DNA of 64,000 bases, taken from sequence record PQ227241.1; one strand, given 5' to 3'. Position numbers and translations under genes: made by a program. Under the pieces are notes generated by a model, which made no database searches, had not been told where the DNA came from, and worked only from the letters and a program-made list of their open reading frames with translations. Shown here in pieces: positions 29,132 to 37,949 of this stretch (positions are counted from its first letter, which is position 1; the number at the start of each line of letters is the position of its first letter).

Positions 29132-29183
29132 AATAATAATATTTATAACTATTTAGATAATTATACTGGCACGATGATATTAT

Positions 29184-29290
29184 GTAAGAGTACTATACTA
29201 AAGTATTCTTAAATCTATCCACTAAACACACTCGGTGGTAGAACTTATTATAGAGTGTGTCTAAATGCCAGGGGTTTGCCACCCCTGGCT
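29184..29290 (+). ncRNA. Candidate three-hairpin ncRNA
   Basis: TATGTA start; stems 29186-29210, 29226-29260, 29267-29289; no ORF. Confidence 0.35.
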
Positions 29291-29416
29291 ATATTCATTG
29301 TTACTATTATAAATTCATTTATAGATGAGAAAAGGTTTTATCACCTTTTCAAAATCGGCATTTGATTCTAGTTAAAAAAACTGAATCTATGCTACATTGT
29401 AATAAAGGAGTCTATT

Positions 29417-29929
29417 ATGACTAACTCTAATCCGTTTGTAAGAACTATTGTAAAGTACCAAGATATCCTAGATGCTTTAATTCAAAAAACGAATGAGAAC
29501 TGGGTTAATTATCGATCTAATTCTATTGGCCATATTGTTATTCGTGAATACAGGACTGTTGGATTATTTGTAGGTCGGCAATGTGGTAGTACAACTGCAT
29601 TGATTGAGTTTGCTAATCGTCATCCTGGCGAATGTCTAGCTGTATTTGTAGAAGATAAAATTAAACAGGCTGTACTGGCTAAGTTCCAGAATGCTAAAGA
29701 TAATATTGTTTCTTGTTTAATTACACACCAACTCCGTAAATATATTCATCAACCTGAAGAATCATCTATTCAAAAAGATATTAAAGAAGAATTAATATCG
29801 TCTGTAAAATATATTCTTGTTGACAATGCCTCATTTAATCTGAACCTACGCGGTATCACTGATAAAGAATTTAACCAGTGGGTTGCAGATACTTTTGGTA
29901 CAGAGGTAATGGTGGTTCGTTTTAGTTAG
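29417..29929 (+). CDS. Degenerate P-loop NTPase-fold protein
   Basis: VGRQCGSTT resembles Walker A GRQxGKT without Lys; ILVDNA Walker-B-like. Confidence 0.5.
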   Translation: MTNSNPFVRTIVKYQDILDALIQKTNENWVNYRSNSIGHIVIREYRTVGLFVGRQCGSTTALIEFANRHPGECLAVFVEDKIKQAVLAKFQNAKDNIVSCLITHQLRKYIHQPEESSIQKDIKEELISSVKYILVDNASFNLNLRGITDKEFNQWVADTFGTEVMVVRFS

Positions 29930-30090
29930 AATTAGTAACTTTGATAGTTTCTAATAAGATTAACTACACGTTATTTACATAATGTCATAACAAGAAATAA
30001 ATAATACTCAGATTGTAATAATATGTAGTTATTACATATCTATATTAGGTTGTCAGTAACTCATCTCTAATATAAAATCGCCATAATTCT

Positions 30091-30166
<76 letters not shown>

Positions 30167-30210
30167 ATTCATAGTTTTAGATTTAGTTATATTTCACCAC
30201 TATGTAAACT

Positions 30211-30236
30211 ATAAAGGCAGCTAATGCTGCCTTTAT
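30211..30236 (+). terminator. Intrinsic terminator
   Basis: ataaaggcagc-taat-gctgcctttat. Confidence 0.75.
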
Positions 30237-30297
30237 GTCGTCTTGTAAAAGTACCCAATAGTTGAATCTTATAGTTGAATACAAATAGGGTAAAGAC

Positions 30298-30483
30298 ATG
30301 TCACTTAAAGCATTGCAAGATATAGTTAGTAGTGTTCCTACAAATGAACGAAAGGAACGATTAGTTAAAGTTCGGAAAACTATGGAAGAGCTAAATGAGT
30401 CTATTAAGAATCAGATTCGTAATAAACGACCTAGTCAAGCTCTTCTCAACAAAACGATAAACTGGGGTACTAAGTATGGCTAA
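30298..30483 (+). CDS. Small basic hypothetical protein
   Basis: 61 aa. Confidence 0.55.
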   Translation: MSLKALQDIVSSVPTNERKERLVKVRKTMEELNESIKNQIRNKRPSQALLNKTINWGTKYG

Positions 30484-30766
30484 GACATTAGTTCGTGCAA
30501 AGCTGATTACTGAGGCTGGTCAATGGATGTCGTCTGACTGGGAATGTGGTTTCCGTGCATGTCGATTCGTGAAACTTGGTAATGATCATGTAAACATAAA
30601 AGACTTTGAGGCTATGATCACGGCATTCGAAGTTGGTGACATGTTAGTGATTTGGCCAAATGGGCTTAGAACTTCGTATAGTGTGGATAATTTCAATAAG
30701 TACTTTTCCCATATCAAAGATGAATACCATGAGACTGATCTCCGTCCACTCTTTTACCCCAAGTAG
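30476..30766 (+). CDS. Hypothetical protein
   Basis: 96 aa, overlaps previous gene. Confidence 0.65.
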   Translation: MAKTLVRAKLITEAGQWMSSDWECGFRACRFVKLGNDHVNIKDFEAMITAFEVGDMLVIWPNGLRTSYSVDNFNKYFSHIKDEYHETDLRPLFYPK

Positions 30767-31237
30767 TTGAGCTTATGATAACTATATTCGTGTATAAATA
30801 CATTACATTCGTTATACCCTTTAATTGATTGAAATCAAGCTACATAAAAGTGATTGAATGGTCCATGTAGGTGATAATTTTAATAAAGGTAAAGGATTTA
30901 TCAGAGAATATCTCAGTGCATTTAGGTATTTTATCACTCGCCTATCTAAATCACATAAAGCCCTTTACCGAGGAATGTGAGAATGTTGGTTGCGATTGAT
31001 AATACTGGGACAGAATATGATGTCGACCCAACTGATGAAGTAGACGTAATGTTTGTATTTAGACCCACACTAAAATAACTTTATATGACTTAATACCCCT
31101 CTATATAGAGTGGTCTATTTATAAGTAAAATTATACATAGAGTTAATATTATTTGTAGATTAGTTCTACACATAACTCAACTTGAAACCGGGTGTTAATA
31201 AAATTTAACACTACGGAAAACATAAAGGTGTATAAAA

Positions 31238-31867
31238 ATGGCTTTTCATTTTACTGAAGTAGATTTAAATGATTTTATCAATGAATCAGGTAAAGACTTA
31301 AAAATAAATGTTGGTAAACAAACACTAGCAGTTTATGATATCGATAGGCTAAATATTGTTAATTCAACTATTAATAAACTAGTTTATAATGAACCTATAA
31401 GTGAAGAACACATAGATGCATCACTTACAGATAATTCATTAAAAGAGCTTAATGATTATTTACTAAATGTTGGTGTTACTGAAAGCGCTAAAATGATGAT
31501 TGATGCTGTGTTAGAATTAAGCGATTATCATAAAAGTGATGAATACTTTAACCCAATGATGTATAAATTAAAAAGTATGCACACTAAAAATACAGATGGT
31601 GTTTATTTGATATTTTTACCAACGCCTACTATCGATGATCAAATTAACACCATGCAAGGGTATATTATCAATAAATCCGGTAATCTCATTAGGACTACTG
31701 TACAGTCATGGCGATTTGAGAAAATTGAATTCAAAGACTTAGCCAAACATGATAGACGTTGGTTATTTATTGAATATTACATTAATGTTAAACAAACGAA
31801 AAATAATATAATCAAAGAGCAACAAGATGAATTAACTAAATTTATTTATTATAGTACTCTAAGTTAA
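31238..31867 (+). CDS. Hypothetical protein
   Basis: 209 aa, AAGGTG RBS. Confidence 0.7.
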   Translation: MAFHFTEVDLNDFINESGKDLKINVGKQTLAVYDIDRLNIVNSTINKLVYNEPISEEHIDASLTDNSLKELNDYLLNVGVTESAKMMIDAVLELSDYHKSDEYFNPMMYKLKSMHTKNTDGVYLIFLPTPTIDDQINTMQGYIINKSGNLIRTTVQSWRFEKIEFKDLAKHDRRWLFIEYYINVKQTKNNIIKEQQDELTKFIYYSTLS

Positions 31868-31890
31868 AACAAATAAAAAAATAAATATAA

Positions 31891-31915
31891 GAGCTAGCCC
31901 CTAATGGGCTAGCTT
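31891..31915. terminator. Bidirectional terminator
   Basis: agctagccc-ctaat-gggctagct between convergent genes. Confidence 0.75.
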
Positions 31916-31924
31916 TATGTTATC

Positions 31925-32062
31925 TTACTCTGCTACATCTTTTACATCAGGTTTATTATTCCAACGTACTGCTCTCGCAATACCATACGTAAGAATAAGA
32001 GCACCTACGGTGCCAATAGTGGTGCTAATAATAATGCCAAGAGTTTTTGGATCAATATTCAT
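31925..32062 (-). CDS. Single-pass membrane peptide (45 aa, not in ORF track)
   Basis: MNIDPKTLGIIISTTIGTVGALILTYGIARAVRWNNKPDVKDVAE; AGGA RBS; own promoter and terminator. Confidence 0.7.
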   Translation of the reverse strand: MNIDPKTLGIIISTTIGTVGALILTYGIARAVRWNNKPDVKDVAE

Positions 32063-32118
32063 ATTTAGTATCCTATTTACAATTAATAGAAAATATTACT
32101 TTTAGTAATATCAAGTTA

Positions 32119-32147
32119 ATGATATACTGTTTAAATATGTTTGAATA
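32119..32147 (-). promoter_or_regulatory. Early promoter variant
   Basis: Minus strand TATTCAAACATATTTAAACAG-TATATCAT, then taacttgata as in 15121/16970 copies. Confidence 0.7.
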
Positions 32148-32209
32148 TAACTTTATTTATTATAATAAATAAAATAATACTTTCATATACACTATATGTA
32201 GAAGATTCC

Positions 32210-32286
32210 GCCGCTATAGCTCAGCTAGGTAGAGCAACGCACTTGTAATGCGTAGGTCCTCCGTTCGATTCGGAGTGGCGGCACCA
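32210..32286 (+). tRNA. tRNA-Thr(UGU)
   Basis: Cloverleaf, loop CT-TGT-AA, CCA. Confidence 0.95.
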
Positions 32287-32364
32287 AATTTACTGAGGTT
32301 TAAACTATTCTTAAATATATTAGTTAGGATGGGATTGAACGCGAAAGACTCAGTAAATCATATT

Positions 32365-32384
32365 GCCCCTCCATATGGAGGGGC
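32365..32384 (+). terminator. Intrinsic terminator
   Basis: gcccctcc-atat-ggaggggc then ttatgttt. Confidence 0.75.
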
Positions 32385-32415
32385 TTATGTTTGTCATTAA
32401 TCAGGAAAATATAAA

Positions 32416-32592
32416 ATGAGTCATCTATTATTTATCATCCAAGAATACATTACTAATAAATTTGAGGTAACACGAATTGATATGAAGCCAGGTAATAGAA
32501 TGTTACGTGTATGTTTATACGGTCAACATGAGGGAAAAGGTTTCGTCCGTATAGATTTATGGTCAGTTGGTTATCGCATTACAAAGAAATAA
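32416..32592 (+). CDS. Small hypothetical protein (58 aa, not in ORF track)
   Basis: MSHLLFIIQEY...; AGGA RBS. Confidence 0.55.
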   Translation: MSHLLFIIQEYITNKFEVTRIDMKPGNRMLRVCLYGQHEGKGFVRIDLWSVGYRITKK

Positions 32593-32634
32593 TACTCCAG
32601 ATTATTTAATATGTATTAATCAAAGGAGTTTATA

Positions 32635-33045
32635 ATGAGTAATGAAACTAACTATCTAGGTTATGAATGGAAAACAGATATAACTACTTCAAATCTTAAT
32701 AGAGTGGTTGATTTATATACACTTGAATTAACATGGTTAAAAGAAGATTTTAATGATACTCTTTTTATAAAGTCTTATAAAGTGCTAGAGGGTCTATTAG
32801 AGGAACCGTCTAGGGCAATCCATGATGATACAGTAACCGTTCAAGATCAATTAGATGAATTAAATACTGTTTTTAAATTAGTATTTGGAAAAGATAATGA
32901 CGTAGAGTTATCAATTAATAATGATTCAATTATTGTGATCGGTGCTACAGATGCAACTAAAGAAAAATTAGAAGCAGAGGTGCGTGAGTTTGCATATAGA
33001 AAATCATTAATTGATGAACGTTATCCAGACATTGTAACGGATTAA
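32635..33045 (+). CDS. Acidic hypothetical protein
   Basis: 136 aa, AAGGAG RBS. Confidence 0.75.
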   Translation: MSNETNYLGYEWKTDITTSNLNRVVDLYTLELTWLKEDFNDTLFIKSYKVLEGLLEEPSRAIHDDTVTVQDQLDELNTVFKLVFGKDNDVELSINNDSIIVIGATDATKEKLEAEVREFAYRKSLIDERYPDIVTD

Positions 33046-33125
33046 AATACTTACAGCTATCTAGTATGTAACTAGGCGGATTGCCATTTGTAAATTATCT
33101 ATTTAATCAAACTGAGGAAATACTA

Positions 33126-33515
33126 ATGAAACAATTCTTTCAACTACTTCTAAGCCTACTTTTCAAACTACCGGTTCTATCATATTTTGCTGAGAAGAAA
33201 CGACTAGAGAAAGAGAAAAAGGAAGAAGAAAAGCGTCAGCAAGAACAACGTCAAAAAGAACTACTTGACGAACAGCGTCGCGAACAAGAAGATCATTATC
33301 GAAAGACGGCTTACGATCGCCTAGCAAAACTTATTCATACTCGGTGGTATGATGAGTTTAATGCATATGAAAAGAAACTAGTTGATCTTGCCGTGTCTAC
33401 TGGTAAAGCAGTTAGTGTTAAGTATGGTAAAGTTACTAAGATGCAACACCCTCATCAATTTAAACTACTTAATGATTGGCTGGATGATATTCCAGTAGAA
33501 GATTTTTCTAAGTGA
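33126..33515 (+). CDS. Membrane-anchored coiled-coil protein
   Basis: Start set at ATG 33126 behind GAGGA; hydrophobic N-terminus then E/K/Q-rich coil. Confidence 0.7.
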   Translation: MKQFFQLLLSLLFKLPVLSYFAEKKRLEKEKKEEEKRQQEQRQKELLDEQRREQEDHYRKTAYDRLAKLIHTRWYDEFNAYEKKLVDLAVSTGKAVSVKYGKVTKMQHPHQFKLLNDWLDDIPVEDFSK

Positions 33516-33541
33516 GTTTAAATAAAAAAATAAAGACATAT

Positions 33542-33563
33542 CCCCTCTCCATACGGAGAGGGG
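33542..33563. terminator. Bidirectional terminator at convergent junction
   Basis: cccctctcc-atac-ggagagggg. Confidence 0.8.
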
Positions 33564-33575
33564 TTTATGCCGTAA

Positions 33576-34256
33576 TTATACACTTACTTTGATAAGATTT
33601 TTAATATCAGTAAAATGGGTATATGTTGCCTTTTTATCTTTGTGAACCAGTAAGCAACAGGTGCCTTCATTTACTGTATTGGTTTGTTTTAATGGGATAT
33701 TTAAAGCATATTCAAACAGATCATCCATCCAGTTAAATACCATGAACTTACTGATAAGGACATGATCGAAATCAATTAATCCAATAAACGAATCGATCTC
33801 AAATTGATAATACTCTACAACCATTTTAGACCATTCTTTGTTTATTGCCTCAATGACATTAGGATTATTTATTTTATTAAATAACTCAGTGCGTTCCTTA
33901 GTAGGTAAACTGAGGTAATAATTAATATTACTCCTAACGATATCTGGATTAGTGATATCAATTTTTTCTGGTAAGTTATATTTACTATCTACATAATTCT
34001 TAGTTTCTGGCGTCATTCTCCAGCAACCATAATCAGCAGTAGTACTTGATAGATCTACTCTAGCCTCTACTACTTTAGAAAATACATTTACATATAAATT
34101 AACAGATTCACATATATCAGGTCTGATTGAATTAAAGTTTAAACTTTTAATAAGACCCCTAACTGGTCGAGTACCAATTAGACAATGCAATTCAAGCTTA
34201 ACATTTTCCTCTTTAGCCATCTTAAATATATCAGCAAAACTGAGCTTTTCTGCCAT
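33576..34256 (-). CDS. Hypothetical protein
   Basis: 226 aa, AAGGT RBS. Confidence 0.7.
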   Translation of the reverse strand: MAEKLSFADIFKMAKEENVKLELHCLIGTRPVRGLIKSLNFNSIRPDICESVNLYVNVFSKVVEARVDLSSTTADYGCWRMTPETKNYVDSKYNLPEKIDITNPDIVRSNINYYLSLPTKERTELFNKINNPNVIEAINKEWSKMVVEYYQFEIDSFIGLIDFDHVLISKFMVFNWMDDLFEYALNIPLKQTNTVNEGTCCLLVHKDKKATYTHFTDIKNLIKVSV

Positions 34257-34406
34257 TTAGAATATACCTTTTATTAATTGGACAAATAGATTAGATACAC
34301 ATAGCAATAGAATAAACCATAAACCTAGTCTTTGTAATTTATCTATACGCTTAGCTTTTTGTTTCCTCTCTAATCTAACTAATAATGTATTTTTAATATC
34401 ATTCAT
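34257..34406 (-). CDS. Small membrane protein (49 aa, not in ORF track)
   Basis: Basic N-half then LGLWFILLLCVSNLFVQLI; fills gap exactly. Confidence 0.55.
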   Translation of the reverse strand: MNDIKNTLLVRLERKQKAKRIDKLQRLGLWFILLLCVSNLFVQLIKGIF

Positions 34407-34424
34407 TAAATTATCTCAGATTTT

Positions 34425-34940
34425 TTAGACGGTGTATAAACCCTCAGTATTACATGTTGTTATGATATTGTAAAGACGATGCCAATAGCGATCATACGTA
34501 TTTTTACGTTTGTAGCTATTGGTGCGGATAATTAGATTGGCGACCCAGTGATTTTTATCAATGGTCTCATGTAGATGCCCGAAATAAACCCCCAGTTCAA
34601 TTTCGAATGGGATCTTACACTCACGCCCCTTACACATTGCTTCACGCAATAAACGCATTACAGAATTCTCTGCATTGGTATCTTGAAATAAAATACTAAT
34701 GTATCCAGGGCTACCACCAGTTTCTTCATCAACATGACCTGAACAGCAATAAATAGTTGCAATATTGGTGAATTGGTTAAACCATTTAATCAATGGTCTA
34801 CATGCTTCATCAATAAGATCTTCATATTCAGGTTTATACATTACTTTAACAGTATCATCTGCCCGTTGTTTCACGTGATGAAAATATTGTTCCCAATTTA
34901 CATTAGTGTAATATAGCATATCCATATTAGAATCACTCAT
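34425..34940 (-). CDS. Hypothetical protein, weak TYW3-like motif
   Basis: IATIYCCSGH...GYISILF recalls TYW3 TxSSCSGR; weak. Confidence 0.45.
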   Translation of the reverse strand: MSDSNMDMLYYTNVNWEQYFHHVKQRADDTVKVMYKPEYEDLIDEACRPLIKWFNQFTNIATIYCCSGHVDEETGGSPGYISILFQDTNAENSVMRLLREAMCKGRECKIPFEIELGVYFGHLHETIDKNHWVANLIIRTNSYKRKNTYDRYWHRLYNIITTCNTEGLYTV

Positions 34941-34945
34941 ACAAA

Positions 34946-35677
34946 TCAACCCCATATGTTATTGGCATATTCGCGGTCATTGAAAATGCAGGTAAGATCC
35001 ATCCGCTTTTGAATACGCGCCAGAATCCATTTTAGTTGTTTAGTTGATAGTTCCTGATTTTGCTTGTACTCACCTGTAGCATGGATGTAATAATCAAATT
35101 TACGACTTACAGTAGTAGTATGTGCACATGCAATAGCAAATGCTTCAAGTGCAGTTAGTTTGGTTGATCCATTATCATTACAATTAGGGATAAACTCAAG
35201 TACACTATTAACTGCATCTACACCACTACCTAAATGAGCCCAATCTTTCTTGGTGATCTCGATACTCATATCTTTAAGAATAACTGTATATATGTCACCA
35301 TTCTCCATAGTGAACATCATAGAAGTATTACCATTAAACAACCTGCGTTCTATGACTGGCATGATATTTACTTCAACTTTAAACCAATCAGCTAAATCAA
35401 CACCTGCGGTAAGGGCATTCAATAGATCATAAACATTATCTATAGTTCCAGCAAAAGCCATAGTTTTAACACGTTTGCCTTGCCAAGTAACAGTCGGATG
35501 AAAAATTATCTTGTGGCAATCATTGTAATATACATCTACACCTTCAGCTTTAGCAGTTAGATCAATATAACCGTTATCTAATACTGGAAGTCGCCCAATG
35601 CTATCAGTTGCATTATTCCGCTCAATTAATAGGCAGTCTGCAATCATGACTTTACCATCATTTACGATATATGTCAT
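34946..35677 (-). CDS. Ntn-hydrolase, proteasome beta/HslV-like
   Basis: AAGGAG RBS points to ATG 35677 giving M-T-YIVNDGKVMIAD (N-terminal Thr); AFAG, HLGSG, LEAFAIAC. Confidence 0.6.
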   Translation of the reverse strand: MTYIVNDGKVMIADCLLIERNNATDSIGRLPVLDNGYIDLTAKAEGVDVYYNDCHKIIFHPTVTWQGKRVKTMAFAGTIDNVYDLLNALTAGVDLADWFKVEVNIMPVIERRLFNGNTSMMFTMENGDIYTVILKDMSIEITKKDWAHLGSGVDAVNSVLEFIPNCNDNGSTKLTALEAFAIACAHTTTVSRKFDYYIHATGEYKQNQELSTKQLKWILARIQKRMDLTCIFNDREYANNIWG

Positions 35678-35713
35678 TTTCACTCCTTATAATAAAATAA
35701 ATAGGCTTAAGCG

Positions 35714-35835
35714 AAATAAAGCCCTCCCCGAAGGGAGGGCATTATCAATAGGTGGGATCTCGGCGGCACCTTCATTTGCGGACGGGAACGCTGAAGGGAG
35801 ATAGTCCGGGAGATCCCGATTTGGATATTCTTTAC
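35714..35835 (-). ncRNA. Candidate GC-rich hairpin ncRNA
   Basis: TATGTA start on minus strand, 64-nt core with 40 G/C forming nested stems, own UUCG terminator. Confidence 0.5.
35721..35740 (-). terminator. Intrinsic terminator (UUCG)
   Basis: gccctccc-cgaa-gggagggc. Confidence 0.85.
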
Positions 35836-35843
35836 ATATGGTA

Positions 35844-36224
35844 TTACTGCAAGTATTTGTTCCCCGCAGTATAATCACCATTGATCCAATTTTTGATTAC
35901 AACACTGATCCCTTCATTTTCTTTAACGGTAACCCCCAACTCAAGATCGATTGATTGATAAGCTACAGCAGCCAGTGTTAACCGAAGATAAACGGATCCA
36001 TCTTTTTCGATATCGTAGGATACTACGAACCCGTCTTGTAGATTTTGTAGCTGGAATGTATTAGCATGTTGTGGGTGGAGACGATCCATATTGTACTCGA
36101 CGACATCTAGTAGATATTGCCGAGCATCAGCAGCATTATCAAATCCGAGATCGCACAGACCGATCGGATAGCGAGCTTGCGTGCATGTAACTTTCATAGA
36201 TACTACACGATGTTGTTTGCACAT
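35844..36224 (-). CDS. Hypothetical protein
   Basis: 126 aa, GAGGA RBS. Confidence 0.65.
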   Translation of the reverse strand: MCKQHRVVSMKVTCTQARYPIGLCDLGFDNAADARQYLLDVVEYNMDRLHPQHANTFQLQNLQDGFVVSYDIEKDGSVYLRLTLAAVAYQSIDLELGVTVKENEGISVVIKNWINGDYTAGNKYLQ

Positions 36225-36249
36225 TATATTTTCCTCTTAGATGTCAAAA

Positions 36250-36272
36250 ACCCTCCCCGATCAGGGGAGGGT
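36250..36272 (-). terminator. Intrinsic terminator
   Basis: accctcccc-gatca-ggggagggt, U-tract on minus strand. Confidence 0.8.
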
Positions 36273-36365
36273 ATCTCATTGGTACTTCTTCAGCAAAACT
36301 GAAACTAAGATAAAAGAGCAATCGTAAAGGAACTACATAGAATAGTGTATTTCTTTTACTATTTT

Positions 36366-36779
36366 TTACACAACCTCTTTAGATGGGGGTTCTTTATGAA
36401 TCCAGTCTAAAGTTGTTGGTAAACTATTATCTGATCTGAAGGTACACACCGTCCGGAACCGAGAGTGATCAACTACAGATAATTGCCCGTTAATCGCAGC
36501 CTCATATTGCCTACACAACTTCACACACCTTTTCTCTAGATCAGTTGGTTCGTAACCTTCTTCTCTTGGTTCAGTGTATGGTCCATCCCAAAAGAATATT
36601 AATCTAAGATCAATCCCAGATTTATACTCCGCTTGGTATGAATATTGATGAACATCAAAATCATCTAATTCTTCAACTAGATGTGATGTTATTGTTCTAG
36701 GATGTTCATGAGTTAATTCACTGTATATATGTTTATTTCTAGGGTTTTGTAAATCAACTACGATAAGTTGACTAGTCAT
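36366..36779 (-). CDS. Hypothetical protein
   Basis: Start set at ATG 36779 just after upstream stop. Confidence 0.65.
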   Translation of the reverse strand: MTSQLIVVDLQNPRNKHIYSELTHEHPRTITSHLVEELDDFDVHQYSYQAEYKSGIDLRLIFFWDGPYTEPREEGYEPTDLEKRCVKLCRQYEAAINGQLSVVDHSRFRTVCTFRSDNSLPTTLDWIHKEPPSKEVV

Positions 36780-36780
36780 T

Positions 36781-37434
36781 TTAACTTTTATCCAGATGTC
36801 TATTACGAGTGCGTTCCACTGCTGTAGGTTCGACAGTGGCTCGCGGTAGATAAGTAATCTCCGGGAAAGTCTTATTAAGAGCATCTTCAATTAGCTCTTT
36901 AGCAATCTCTGCATCGATGTAATGGTTTAGAATAATACCACGATGATACAGGAAGAAGCTGTATTCATCATAACCATGGCGAAGACTTACTTTACCACGA
37001 TACCCACCATAGGTTAGAGTATCTTCGTTAATTTCATTCCGATAAATATCAAGTTGGATATTATTTTGAAGATGCATTTGAATGAAGTCATTACTATCAC
37101 CGCCGAATAGGGTTGGTCGTTTCCGACCGGTAACAACATCTTGGATGGAATCCATTAGTCGGTTAATGTCTGTTTCTAATCGTTGGATATCACATTGAGA
37201 ATTCATTGCTTCATGAAAACGAGTTACAACTGCATTGAATTCTTCTTCAGTCCAACCATTGGTACGTTTTTCATAATCAACAATGATAATACCGAACCAG
37301 GCATAACCGTTAGAATGTTTTACTTTAACACATAGATGAGGTACATTATCAGCACCTGACTGATGGTTAACAGTGTAATTATTATTACGGCTGATTACTA
37401 GTTTGATAAAAGGTAGACTAATGATTGACGCCAT
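36781..37434 (-). CDS. Hypothetical protein
   Basis: 217 aa, AAGGA RBS. Confidence 0.75.
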   Translation of the reverse strand: MASIISLPFIKLVISRNNNYTVNHQSGADNVPHLCVKVKHSNGYAWFGIIIVDYEKRTNGWTEEEFNAVVTRFHEAMNSQCDIQRLETDINRLMDSIQDVVTGRKRPTLFGGDSNDFIQMHLQNNIQLDIYRNEINEDTLTYGGYRGKVSLRHGYDEYSFFLYHRGIILNHYIDAEIAKELIEDALNKTFPEITYLPRATVEPTAVERTRNRHLDKS

Positions 37435-37526
37435 GGAAATATTCCTTTTGTATTCTTTAAATTAAAGTAGGAGTTATTTTTTGAGTTTCAACTCAATACA
37501 TCAATAACTCCAGTATGTTTTCAAAA

Positions 37527-37925
37527 TTAAATACATGTATTTACAGTTACATTGTAACCAGTTAGTTTTGCCAGCAATACGAATGAGCGAACCTGTTCGA
37601 TTTTTTCAGAAACAATGAAAATATGTGTAATACGATCCTCATCAACATACTGATATCGAAATGAAGTATAGCTAAATGACACATCCGTATCGTTTAAATA
37701 AGTGATATTAAAATCATCTACTTCCCTATCAAGCTTACTAAGCTCTGTAAGTAATACTTGATAGGGCGTAATGGTGATACGGTGGTTTTCACAACGTTGA
37801 ATAAGCTGATGTAGTTTAGAAGGCAGTTTATCAACTACCTTTTTATAACTATCATCACATTCTAGAAAGTTATGCGCCAAACCATTGACCGCTGCAACGG
37901 TATTTAAAATGTTAAGTAGACTCAT
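37527..37925 (-). CDS. Hypothetical protein
   Basis: 132 aa, AAGGG RBS. Confidence 0.7.
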   Translation of the reverse strand: MSLLNILNTVAAVNGLAHNFLECDDSYKKVVDKLPSKLHQLIQRCENHRITITPYQVLLTELSKLDREVDDFNITYLNDTDVSFSYTSFRYQYVDEDRITHIFIVSEKIEQVRSFVLLAKLTGYNVTVNTCI

Positions 37926-37949
37926 TTTACAGATCCCTTTTTTAGTATA

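Noticed and set aside
30211-30236. aggcagctaa resembles the 3' end of a type I-F CRISPR repeat (possible RNA anti-CRISPR)
   Set aside because: Only about 10 nt match, fully explained as one arm of a perfect terminator after tRNA-Asn; rest of the repeat is absent
30767-31237. Two tiny ORFs (about 40 and 31 codons) and weak hairpins in a 470-nt gap
   Set aside because: Too short and featureless to support; may be gene remnants
35687-35881. 64-aa ORF from the track
   Set aside because: Runs through a terminator and a GC-rich hairpin, overlaps the upstream gene, no RBS; treated as ncRNA candidate instead
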